In this document: positions 10,046 through 20,082 of the stretch, in pieces
How the letters are laid out: every line of letters begins with the position of its first letter
Numbering within the stretch: the stretch's first letter is position 1
Origin: an uncultured Acidobacteriota bacterium
GTDB lineage: Bacteria; Acidobacteriota; Terriglobia; Acidiferrales; UBA7541
Length of the DNA: 64,000 nt
Direction: 5' to 3'
NCBI GenBank assembly: GCA_963824515.1
Contig: CAWGPN010000018.1
Span: forward strand, 54,910 to 118,909
The notes under the pieces: generated by a model
Database searches by the model: none
Seen by the model: only the letters and a program-made list of their open reading frames with translations
What the model was told of the DNA's origin: nothing
Position numbers and translations under genes: made by a program

Positions 10046-10992
10046 ACCGGTCCGCCATCCGATCCGATGAGATATTGATAGATGGAGTTCACGTCGTCGT
10101 CGGCGGGAGCTACGGCATCGACTTCGACGAGGCCGCCGGAAACGATTTTGTTCAGCAATAGGTAGAATTGCTCCGCATCGCGAGTTCGAACCAGGACACT
10201 CTGCCCATCCGTCAGTATTTTGGCTTCGACGACATGGTCGAGTTCAAAAGCCGCGGAGGCTAACTTCGCTGCATTCGAGCAGCGGACCAGGATTTGTATG
10301 GGATGGTCGCGGACTTCTTGCCGAACTTCGCGAATCTGGCCTTCGGCGACCACGTAGCCGCTGCTCATCAGCACGACGCGGTCGGAGATGCGATCGACTT
10401 CCTCCAAAATATGGCTGGAAATAATGACGTGCATGCCTTGCTTGGCAATCGCCTGGAAAAGGGCGATCGATTCCGAGCGAGCCATGGGATCGAGGCCGTT
10501 GAGCGGCTCATCAAGCACCAGCACGGAAGGATGATGCGCGATGGACTGAGCCAGGCGAATGCGTTGGCGCATCCCTTTGCTATAGCCAGCGACTTTGCGG
10601 CGGGCGACTTGCGCCATGCCGGCGCGTTCGAGGGCTTCGTTCGTCAGCTTCGCCGCCTGATCGTGGCCAAAGCCGTGAAGCCGTAGCGGCCAATAAATGA
10701 AATCGTAACCATTCGTGCCGGGAGGGAAGGAGTCAAACTGTGTGCAGTATCCCACCTGGCGGAAGAATTCGACCGGCTGTTGCGTGGTCAGGCCGAGGAC
10801 GTAGATGGCGCCTTGGGATGGCTTGATCAGGCCGGTCAGCAAGTTCATCAAAGTGGTCTTGCCCGAGCCGTTGGGGCCGACGAGGCTGGTAATCCCCGGC
10901 TCGAGCGAGAAGCTCACTTTGTTCACGCCGAGAACTTCCCCGTAGAATTTGGAGACGTTATCGAAAACGATTTGGCGATTGTCCGGCATCAT
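10042..10992 (-). CDS. ABC transporter ATP-binding protein
   Basis: GPNGSGKTT, YSKGMRQR, LVLDEP. Confidence 0.93.
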   Translation of the reverse strand: MMPDNRQIVFDNVSKFYGEVLGVNKVSFSLEPGITSLVGPNGSGKTTLMNLLTGLIKPSQGAIYVLGLTTQQPVEFFRQVGYCTQFDSFPPGTNGYDFIYWPLRLHGFGHDQAAKLTNEALERAGMAQVARRKVAGYSKGMRQRIRLAQSIAHHPSVLVLDEPLNGLDPMARSESIALFQAIAKQGMHVIISSHILEEVDRISDRVVLMSSGYVVAEGQIREVRQEVRDHPIQILVRCSNAAKLASAAFELDHVVEAKILTDGQSVLVRTRDAEQFYLLLNKIVSGGLVEVDAVAPADDDVNSIYQYLIGSDGGPV

Positions 10993-11873
10993 CCGCGCAC
11001 CGTTTCGCGGGCACGCAAGCGCGCATTGAGAATTACCAGCGAAAGCAAGCAAACGAAAATTAACATGCCCCAGGCGGCCCAGAGCGGAACTCCGATCCAA
11101 TCCACCGAGCCAAGGAATCCGGATTCCTCACGAAATCCTCTCGCCAGGATAAGCCGGAACATATACGAGAAATTCAGCAACTGGCCCCAATAAGTGCCCA
11201 TGATGGCGTTGAACATCTCGCCGAGCCCCGCGGGAATAAAAAATGAGATAAAAATTACGCCCGTGGCCACGATTCGCAATTTGACCCACGCCGACACGGC
11301 CAGAGAAATGAGGGAAAGCATGAGAATCCAAATCGCAGAGCACAACACGATGGGAACAACCATCCACAAGTGAGACCAAATCCAACCGTTGCTCGCCAAG
11401 CCAGACTGCAGGCTGAATAAGAGCAGGCAGGGAATCCAAGTGACAGCGGAAAGCAGGAATCCGAGGACTGCTAGTTTCCCAAGAACATAATCGGCCCGGC
11501 TGAACGGTCGGCTCAGAAAAAGAGGAAGAGCGCCATTGGTCAAATCTCCCGAGACCAGGACGGGGCCAACCCAGCAGTTCAAGAGAAAGGCGGCTTGCGT
11601 CTGCACCATCATGATGATGATGAAATATCGGGTTTCGACTGCGAACAGATCCGGAGAACGCATCTGCATGAGCAATTGCAAGGTTTTGTTGTTGGCGATG
11701 AATATGTAGCCGGCGAAAAAAAGACAAGGAACAATTGAGAGAATCAGGAGTAGAACGAAGAAACGTGATTTGAATAGGTCGGCAAAGGCGTAGCGTGTCA
11801 GAACGAAAAAGCGCGACCACTGCGGCGTCAGCGAGCCGGTGTAAGAATTGTATCGGCGCTTATAGACGGCCAT
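10989..11873 (-). CDS. ABC-2 type transporter permease
   Basis: TM helices; [24 protein letters not shown]. Confidence 0.85.
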   Translation of the reverse strand: MAVYKRRYNSYTGSLTPQWSRFFVLTRYAFADLFKSRFFVLLLILSIVPCLFFAGYIFIANNKTLQLLMQMRSPDLFAVETRYFIIIMMVQTQAAFLLNCWVGPVLVSGDLTNGALPLFLSRPFSRADYVLGKLAVLGFLLSAVTWIPCLLLFSLQSGLASNGWIWSHLWMVVPIVLCSAIWILMLSLISLAVSAWVKLRIVATGVIFISFFIPAGLGEMFNAIMGTYWGQLLNFSYMFRLILARGFREESGFLGSVDWIGVPLWAAWGMLIFVCLLSLVILNARLRARETVRG

Positions 11874-12801
11874 CCGCTGCTCCCGTCTGCTCCATGGCGT
11901 TGAGGAAAATGTCTTCGAGCGAGTCCCGGCGATGATTCATCCGGCGAATCTGCACGCCGCGATCGGCGGCGACCTTAAATACCTCTCGAATTTCGACGCT
12001 GTCTGGCATCACGACCTTGATGCGGCCATTGCTGAAAACCGCGCACTCGCAGCCCATACTTTCGAGCGACGAAGTGAAGTTTGCTTCGGCGCCAATGGTT
12101 TCCAGCTCGAGAAACTTGCGATTGGCGCGGCGTTCTTCGACGAGATTGCAGATGGATGCGATTTTGCCGTTGCGCAGGATGAGCACTTCGTCGCACGTTT
12201 CTTCCACGTCGCGGAGAAGGTGCGAGGAGAGCAGCAAGCAAATGTCGCTGGCTTCGCGGATTTCGCGAATAAGTTCGATCAAGCGCTTGCGGGCAGGCGG
12301 GTCCATGCCATTGGTCGGCTCGTCCAGGATGAGCAGCTTCGGGCCGTGCGCAATGGCCTGCGCGAGCTTAGCCAATTGCTTCATGCCCAGCGAATACGTT
12401 CCCACCGGACGATACCGCGCTTCGCCCAAACCGACATAGACGAAAGCTTCGTGCGCGCGCTCCAAGGCTTGCCCGGAGGGTAGGCCGGAAATCTCCGCCA
12501 TGTAACGGACAAAGCGGACTCCGGACATTTTGGAAATGAAGGCGTCGTTCTCCGGCATGTAACCGACCAGCGAACGAAGCGCTTTGCCATCCGTGAGAGA
12601 GTCGAGCCCGAGCACGCGCGCACTGCCTTTGGAAGGTGAGTGGAAGCTTAAAAGCGTGTTGATGAGCGTGGATTTGCCGGCGCCATTGGGTCCGAGCAAG
12701 CCTATGGCGCGACTCTTCAGAACACCCGTGAGGCCGTGAAGAATCGTACGACCGCCGAGTTGTACTTCGAGCCCGTCGAGCTCAATTGTTGGGTTGCTCA
12801 T
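11860..12801 (-). CDS. ABC transporter ATP-binding protein
   Basis: [22 protein letters not shown]. Confidence 0.93.
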   Translation of the reverse strand: MSNPTIELDGLEVQLGGRTILHGLTGVLKSRAIGLLGPNGAGKSTLINTLLSFHSPSKGSARVLGLDSLTDGKALRSLVGYMPENDAFISKMSGVRFVRYMAEISGLPSGQALERAHEAFVYVGLGEARYRPVGTYSLGMKQLAKLAQAIAHGPKLLILDEPTNGMDPPARKRLIELIREIREASDICLLLSSHLLRDVEETCDEVLILRNGKIASICNLVEERRANRKFLELETIGAEANFTSSLESMGCECAVFSNGRIKVVMPDSVEIREVFKVAADRGVQIRRMNHRRDSLEDIFLNAMEQTGAADGRL

Positions 12802-12811
12802 CTACAAATCA

Positions 12812-15445
12812 TTACGGATTCAGAGTGTGCGAAGTTCCATGATCCGATGCACCCAGGAGATGGAACAGCGTAAATAGACCGGGGTTCAAGTCAAAAAGCT
12901 TGCCGCTGCTGGCAACTTCGATGCGATCGCTCTCTCCGTAAGCACAGAATACGCTCGGTTTGGCATCGGCTGCCAACTTTTGCAGGACTGCCAACTGGCT
13001 GGAAGTAAGCTGGGAAGCGAGCGGCTTCAGAAGCGGGCCGAGATTTTGGTAGAGCATCGCCGAAAAGTTGGCGTGGTCGTCGCTGGGCAGAAGCGCCTGG
13101 AACGAAGTCGAACGAGCCAGGGAAGTGCCGTTTGCGTGGGTTTGTAATGCGGCGAGGAGCAGCGCTCGAGAGGGCGCAACGATCATGTAGCCGTCCGCGA
13201 AAGTGTAGTCGTACTCGGTTGTGAACCCGGCGGTTTGTGATTTGATGGTGTAAAACATTCGGCCGCCGTCTTCTGCTTGATTGATCGTTAAGCCGGGCCG
13301 GTTGGATTTTTGTGCTTCTTGGTTTGCGGCTTGCACCAGTTTTTCGATGGCAAGCTGAAGGGCTCCCGAATTGTTGACTTCAATAATCGCTTTCCACGAG
13401 GGCGTAGGAAGAACGGGGCCGTCGAGAGCCACAGTCATCTCACCGCCGAGCGAACTAGCGAGGTCATTGCGAATGTCCAGACCGAGTTCTGAATCTGTTT
13501 TAGCCACATCTCGGCTGAAGTTGGGGCTGGAAGCGCTCATCGTGCTGTACAGGTCGTCCAGCATAAGCGCGGGCTGCTTGGTAACGAAGGAGACCGCCGC
13601 GCCGGCATTGGAAGAAACGTAGTCCAGCGAGCCCATGGGAGCGGGAACGGACAGCCAGGACGCGATGCCGCGCCGCGGGCCATTGAATTCGAGCGTAATC
13701 CGGTTGTCGCCCTGTCTCGAAGACTCACCGCGCGTCGCCATCAAGTATTTTATGTCGTTAAAGCCGCTGTTCTGAAGCGCCTTTGGACCGTCTGGTTGCG
13801 CATGGGAGGAGTTTAGAATCTGGCCGAGGTTGGCAGCGACCAGAGTTTCGGCGCCCTGAGTGTAAACACTGGCGATGCGCCGGCCGAACTCGGTTCCGGC
13901 GAAGGGAGTGGTACCGGCGTCAAGCTGCGCGTTCATCTGCTGAACCGAAACAGCGCTGCCGCCAATGACCAGCATCTTCGGCCGAACGAGCATGATCATG
14001 CCGTGTTCGCCGGTGGTCAGCGAGGAAAGCGACTGCGGATCCACGACATGCACCTGGGATGCGGTTTGCGGGCTCGTCAAAGTATCGGCGACTTGATTCT
14101 GCAAAAAATCCTTGAGTCCAGGTTCCCGAATCTCGGCGAGAAGCACGGGGCCGCTTTGCATGGAAGCCGGGCCTCCCCGGAGTGTAATCACCACTTCATC
14201 GCCCAAATACTGGCTGACGGTCTGGATTTGCCGGATCAGCTCCTCAGGCGTCGGATGCTGACTTGTGTGGCTGCTCTTGTTCCACCAATCCTGCAGAACA
14301 TTGCTCTGCGACAACTGCTGCTGAAAAATTTGATTTGCCTGCTGTAGCGCATCTCCGAGATTGGGGATGCCGATATAGAGGACGGTGTCCGCCGGCAGCA
14401 AGGGAAGAATCTTGCTTTCATACCGCGGGCCCGGAGTCTGGATTTCGTCTAGTTTCTTGCCAAGCTTTGAGAATTCCGCAAGCAGAGCAAGCTGGTGGTC
14501 CAGATCGCTGCTCCAGGCGATTTCCTGGCGCACGGGAACGAGGCCGACGCTCTGCGTTGTGGCCATCTCATCGCCCGAGTGCAGGATGGACAATTGCCCG
14601 GCGTGCTTCACGCGGACTTCGCCCTCGATCACGGCCACGCGTGAGCCCTTGGTGCCGGAGTTCACGGAAAACACCGTGCCGGTGACGGCTACCGTGCAAT
14701 CTGGAGCGCTAACATACAGGTGGCCGGTATGGCGCTTTGCGGCTTGCACGATGATGTTGCCCTGATCGAGATGGATTGTGGTGTCGCGGCGGTTCGCGCT
14801 GACCGCGAATTCCGCGCGCTGATTCATTTCCACTTCCGAGCCATCGAAGAGCCGCACCTTGGCGCGGGAATTGGCGGATGTGCGGATGAATTCGCCTTGA
14901 CCGATTTCGTCGCCGAGTTTCAGCGGCTGCTCGCCGGATGGACCGATGCGGTACGCTTGTCCTTGGATCGTGTCCATCCGCGCACGGCTCCCAGGAGGCC
15001 CGGCGAAGTACCAGTCGCGCGCAGTCCAACCTAGCGCAACGGCTAGCACTACTGCGGCCGCCGCGAAGGACAGTTTTGCAAAGCTCCATTGAAAGCCGCG
15101 AGATGTCGCGTCCATCCGCCAATTGCTGTTCGTCGCCCCTTCCATTCCGCGCCCATGTTCATACGATCGGCACGAAACGCATTCCCGCAGATGGTTTTCC
15201 ACAATCAGAGCGCGGGCAGGAGCCAGCTCTCGCTGATGAAATGCAGGCAACAAGGCTCGGATATCGGCGCAGCCGCGAATGGGTTGCAGAGCGTTCGTCG
15301 CAGCTTCCTCGCCTTGGGCTGCTTGCAACTTCTGCCACACGCGCTCGGCGGACGTGGAAAGAGTCTTGGCGTCAAGCTCTTCGGCGCGGAGTTCGGAAAT
15401 CGTGCGTTCAAGATCTGTGTCTCGTTTCGACCGGAAAAATTTCAT
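12812..15445 (-). CDS. Anti-sigma factor: zinc-finger (HxxxCxxC), TM helix, FecR domain, large periplasmic C-terminal domain
   Basis: HLRECVSC; one TM; FecR-like DGSEVEMN..VAVTGTVFSV..VAVIEGEVRV; overlaps the ECF sigma stop. Confidence 0.82.
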   Translation of the reverse strand: MKFFRSKRDTDLERTISELRAEELDAKTLSTSAERVWQKLQAAQGEEAATNALQPIRGCADIRALLPAFHQRELAPARALIVENHLRECVSCRSYEHGRGMEGATNSNWRMDATSRGFQWSFAKLSFAAAAVVLAVALGWTARDWYFAGPPGSRARMDTIQGQAYRIGPSGEQPLKLGDEIGQGEFIRTSANSRAKVRLFDGSEVEMNQRAEFAVSANRRDTTIHLDQGNIIVQAAKRHTGHLYVSAPDCTVAVTGTVFSVNSGTKGSRVAVIEGEVRVKHAGQLSILHSGDEMATTQSVGLVPVRQEIAWSSDLDHQLALLAEFSKLGKKLDEIQTPGPRYESKILPLLPADTVLYIGIPNLGDALQQANQIFQQQLSQSNVLQDWWNKSSHTSQHPTPEELIRQIQTVSQYLGDEVVITLRGGPASMQSGPVLLAEIREPGLKDFLQNQVADTLTSPQTASQVHVVDPQSLSSLTTGEHGMIMLVRPKMLVIGGSAVSVQQMNAQLDAGTTPFAGTEFGRRIASVYTQGAETLVAANLGQILNSSHAQPDGPKALQNSGFNDIKYLMATRGESSRQGDNRITLEFNGPRRGIASWLSVPAPMGSLDYVSSNAGAAVSFVTKQPALMLDDLYSTMSASSPNFSRDVAKTDSELGLDIRNDLASSLGGEMTVALDGPVLPTPSWKAIIEVNNSGALQLAIEKLVQAANQEAQKSNRPGLTINQAEDGGRMFYTIKSQTAGFTTEYDYTFADGYMIVAPSRALLLAALQTHANGTSLARSTSFQALLPSDDHANFSAMLYQNLGPLLKPLASQLTSSQLAVLQKLAADAKPSVFCAYGESDRIEVASSGKLFDLNPGLFTLFHLLGASDHGTSHTLNP

Positions 15446-15990
15446 GATGCACCTTTTCTAAGACCACGAAGACTCTTCTGCAGCCGCGCCCGGGTGCGAT
15501 GCAAAGTTACCGCAACGACTGCCTGAGACGTGTTCATCATCTGAGCGATATCAGGATTATCGAGGCCTTCGAGATAGCGCAGAGTGAACATTTCGGCGGC
15601 GCGGGGATTCAACTGCGCCAGCTCGCGCCGGAGCACTTGTTTCATTTCCGAGGAGGAATGGACGCGCTCGGGCGAGAGACTCGGATTCGATTGCAGCTCG
15701 TCGGCCACTTCGACAGGTACGGACTCGCGGTGTCCCCTTGCGCGAATCAGATCCAAGGCCGCGTTGACCGCCGACCGATGCAAATAACTCTGGAGATTCG
15801 AGATACGGCTGTGGTCAATCGTTCCTCGGGCCAGGCGAAGAAAGACGGATTGCGCGACGTCTTCGGCATCCGCCATGCTCCCCGTAACCCGGTAAGCGGC
15901 CTTGAGGACGAGGGAATGATGCGTACGAAAAACATCTTCAAGCTCTGCGGCTGCTTGCGTCACCATGATGTTTTCTATCGCGGCCGCCAA
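15442..15990 (-). CDS. ECF (sigma-70 group 4) RNA polymerase sigma factor
   Basis: DAEDVAQSVFLRL region 2; LRYLEGL..DIAQMM...VAVTLHRTRARL region 4. Confidence 0.93.
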   Translation of the reverse strand: MAAAIENIMVTQAAAELEDVFRTHHSLVLKAAYRVTGSMADAEDVAQSVFLRLARGTIDHSRISNLQSYLHRSAVNAALDLIRARGHRESVPVEVADELQSNPSLSPERVHSSSEMKQVLRRELAQLNPRAAEMFTLRYLEGLDNPDIAQMMNTSQAVVAVTLHRTRARLQKSLRGLRKGAS

Positions 15991-16368
15991 GTACTCCTCC
16001 TCGGCTCTTCTACAATTTAAGACGCGATAGCTAGCAACTTCTTAACATACAATTGGTCTTCAGGGGCAGCTTGCCTGGCTGGCTTTTGCTCTTTCGGACC
16101 CCGCCCCTGCCGCAGGCTCTATTTTCGTCAGGCTTAGCGCGGCACAGCGCGTGCCTGTGCATGCAATTCTTGAACTCTTCCAGAAAGAAGAAACCATCCG
16201 TACGCAGGAACAGCTGTCCGGGGAAAAACAAGCTGGCCAAAAGTACAGGTTGCGCACGAGAAATGCGAATTCTCCCGGGATATTTGTCGTAGCCTCTTTG
16301 GAAAGCCCTAGGGAAGGATTACACAAGTATTACAGAAGCGCCGCACGGTGCGTGCTAACTTTGAAATC

Positions 16369-17283
<915 letters not shown>

Positions 17284-17404
17284 CCCAGCGCGAACTGCTG
17301 CGAAAATCTCGTTGCGGATCCGGTAAACGGCAATGGCAATGGCAAAACCTCTGTCCTCTCTTCTACTGTGGCGCTGACTCGCCACTGGCGTAAACTACGG
17401 AATC

Positions 17405-18310
17405 ATGCGCATCACCCGCCGCACCAAAGCGATGGTGTTCTTCATCGTGCTCGGGGTCTGTCTCGTCGCCCTGGCCGTCGCCCTCAACGTCAGTTGGATT
17501 ATCTTCCACTGGCGTCAAGTCGTTCCTCTCGTCATCGGCATCATCTTTTTTGGCTTGCTGATCGCCGGCCTTGTCATTAACACCATCTTTCTGGTCCGCG
17601 AGATTCGTCGCAATGAACAGCAGGATAGTTTCCTTAACGCCGTCACCCATGAACTGAAGACGCCGATTGCTTCCATCCGGTTGTACCTGGAGACCCTGGC
17701 CAGCCGGAATCTCGAGGAATCGAAAAGGCGCGAGTTTTATAAAATCATGCTGGAAGATACGGACCGCCTTCTTGGAACCGTCGAGCAAGTGCTGAAAGCC
17801 GGAGAAGTCCGGCATGGCACGGCGCGAAAGAATTGGCAGGAAGTGCAATTTTCCACGATTGTCCGCGACGTGCTTGCGCTCGCGCGCCTCCGCCAGAACC
17901 TGCCTCCGGATGCTCTTTCTCTTGGCGAGGCGGCCTCCGATGAAATCATCGTCTTGGGGAACCCCGAAGAACTCCGCACGGCCGTCTTTAATCTCCTCGA
18001 CAACGCCATCAAGTACTCCGGGGATAAAAAAGGTATCGTCGTGGATCTGCTCACACCTGATCTCGATACTGTTTTGCTGCGTGTCCACGACCGTGGTATC
18101 GGCATTCCGCGAAAGGAAGTGAAACGAATCTTCAAGCGCTTTTACCGCGCTTCGAATTCGAGAGGGGACAAAGTGAAGGGAACTGGCCTCGGCTTGTTCA
18201 TCGTGCGCACCATCGCCCGCCGTTACGGCGGCGATGCCTATGCCGAGAGCGAAGGAGAAGGCCGGGGCAGCACGTTCACCATTCGCCTCCCGAGGGTCTA
18301 CCACGCGTGA
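17405..18310 (+). CDS. Membrane sensor histidine kinase (two TM, almost no periplasmic loop)
   Basis: HELKTP H-box, NLLDNAIKY, DRGIG, GTGLGL. Confidence 0.93.
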   Translation: MRITRRTKAMVFFIVLGVCLVALAVALNVSWIIFHWRQVVPLVIGIIFFGLLIAGLVINTIFLVREIRRNEQQDSFLNAVTHELKTPIASIRLYLETLASRNLEESKRREFYKIMLEDTDRLLGTVEQVLKAGEVRHGTARKNWQEVQFSTIVRDVLALARLRQNLPPDALSLGEAASDEIIVLGNPEELRTAVFNLLDNAIKYSGDKKGIVVDLLTPDLDTVLLRVHDRGIGIPRKEVKRIFKRFYRASNSRGDKVKGTGLGLFIVRTIARRYGGDAYAESEGEGRGSTFTIRLPRVYHA

Positions 18311-19068
18311 GCCGCATACTCATCATCGAGGACGAAGCGCATCTCGCCGAAGGGCTGCGCTTCAATCTGGAAGCGGAAGGCCACAGCGTGCAAATTAGCG
18401 ACAACGGCGAGGACGCGCTCAAGCGGCTCTTGAAGGGTCGTGAAAGCTTCGACGCTATCGTGCTGGACGTCATGCTGCCCGGCAAGGACGGATTTTCAGT
18501 GGCGCGTGAGCTGCGCCAAGCGCGGAACTACACGCCGCTGCTCATGCTCACGGCTCGCGGCCGCCCCGAAGATGTGCTGAAGGGATTTGAAGCCGGCGCC
18601 GATGACTATCTGCCGAAGCCTTTCAATCTCGCCATTTTGATCGCACGAATCGCGAGTCTCTTGCGCCGCAAGAACTGGCTGAGCTCTTATCAGCCCGCGT
18701 CCGGGCAGAACGCTGAATCGGGCGATTCTCGATCTTCGCCGGAAATCTTTAGCTTCGATGGCAGGGTCGTCGACTTCAAGAACTTGCAATTACGCGTCGG
18801 CGAGCAAGTCATTCCCTTGACCATGATGGAGTCCGACTTGCTCCGCTGCCTGATCCAGAACAGCGGCCAACCTGTCTCCCGCAAACAGCTTTTACAGGAC
18901 GTTTGGAATCTGCGCGAAGACACCGATACGCGTGCCATCGATAACTTTATCGTGCGCTTGCGGCGGTACATCGAGCCGGAACCCTCCAAGCCTCGCTACT
19001 TGCTAACTGTTCGGGGCCTCGGCTATCGCTTTGTCCCCCATCCCTCCCCTGAGACTCGGCAGGAATAG
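18307..19068 (+). CDS. OmpR/PhoB family response regulator
   Basis: Receiver domain LDVMLPG, GADDYLPKPF; winged helix TRAIDNFIVRLRR..LTVRGLGY. Confidence 0.93.
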   Translation: MSRILIIEDEAHLAEGLRFNLEAEGHSVQISDNGEDALKRLLKGRESFDAIVLDVMLPGKDGFSVARELRQARNYTPLLMLTARGRPEDVLKGFEAGADDYLPKPFNLAILIARIASLLRRKNWLSSYQPASGQNAESGDSRSSPEIFSFDGRVVDFKNLQLRVGEQVIPLTMMESDLLRCLIQNSGQPVSRKQLLQDVWNLREDTDTRAIDNFIVRLRRYIEPEPSKPRYLLTVRGLGYRFVPHPSPETRQE

Positions 19069-19217
19069 CGGAATTCTCCAAACACGCGCCACCGGTTGCT
19101 GCTGATGGCAGGTCGAAGCGCGGGGCCGAGCAGTGCCCGCCGCCGCCCACTTGGCGTGCTGCCATCAAAATACACGCGGCCCGCGGCAGAAATGTTAGTT
19201 GGTGTTGGAAGGCAAAG

Positions 19218-19266
19218 TGGTCGGGGCGCCCGGATTTGAACCGGGGGCCTCCTGCGCCCAAGGCAG
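19218..19266 (-). tRNA. 3' half of tRNA-Pro(TGG), a probable att site rather than a functional tRNA
   Basis: Minus strand CTGCCTTGGGCGCAGGAGGCCCCCGGTTCAAATCCGGGCGCCCCGACCA has the anticodon arm, T-arm and CCA; the upstream sequence has no D-arm or 5' acceptor strand. Confidence 0.85.
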
Positions 19267-20082
19267 CCGGGCTATCTCTTGGAAGTCCTTCCTTTTCAAT
19301 CTTTATTTTGAAAATAAAAGGCTTAGCGAAAAAGATGGTAGTGGCAAGATGTACGAAAATGTGGCTCCGCAGGCATGGAGTCCCCCCAATTTTCTCCTCA
19401 GCGAAGAAACAACGAAATGCGTTCACCGATTCCTAACTCTTGCGTCATACCAACCCTTCGGTTGAAAGCCGAAAGCGATCAGTCTTCCTCAGCCCGATCT
19501 GGATTGTTTGGTGCCGTGCTGTCAGGAGAATGTCACGCAGATGAGAAGTTCTCCACTAGCGAACTTAGCAGGGCAAGCTTCCACTTTCGCCGGGAAAGGC
19601 CGCGCGGCTTCCGGCCTTCACTCTATGACACAGATGGTGAATTCCTTATCTCGGCGGACAAGCTCTTCCGCAGGGTCTACATCAATGAGTTCTCGCAGCC
19701 ACGAGAGAGACTTTTTCCCAATGATTACGGCTTTCGAAAATCTCAAAGGCCCGCTTTTAATTTACCAGACAGCGATGCCAATACATGGATTCCAGAACGT
19801 GGTTCCGTTTGCTCACGAACAAAATATCAGCGCAGTTCACTGCGACGATCATGGGCAAAGTAGACTTTACGTTTTTCTCGTAAATTTTGTTCGCCAACTG
19901 CGCAGCGAATTGCTGGTTCGGAGGCTTCGTCCTCGCAGCTGGCATGTTCCAAAATCGCATCTTAGGTACTGTCGAAAAGCACGTCTATACAAAATGCTAC
20001 TCATCTCATTTTTGGGATGTGAAGAGTGCCAATCACTTATGGACAGGAGCGGCGATGGATCGTGATTCCATTGCGATCGGAT

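Noticed and set aside
19218-19300. Intact or intron-split tRNA-Pro
   Set aside because: No 5' half or intron-like structure is visible upstream; the break point fits an att site
19375-20065. ORFs just inside the island edge
   Set aside because: No motif and interrupted frames on both strands; possibly a decayed gene, but not supportable
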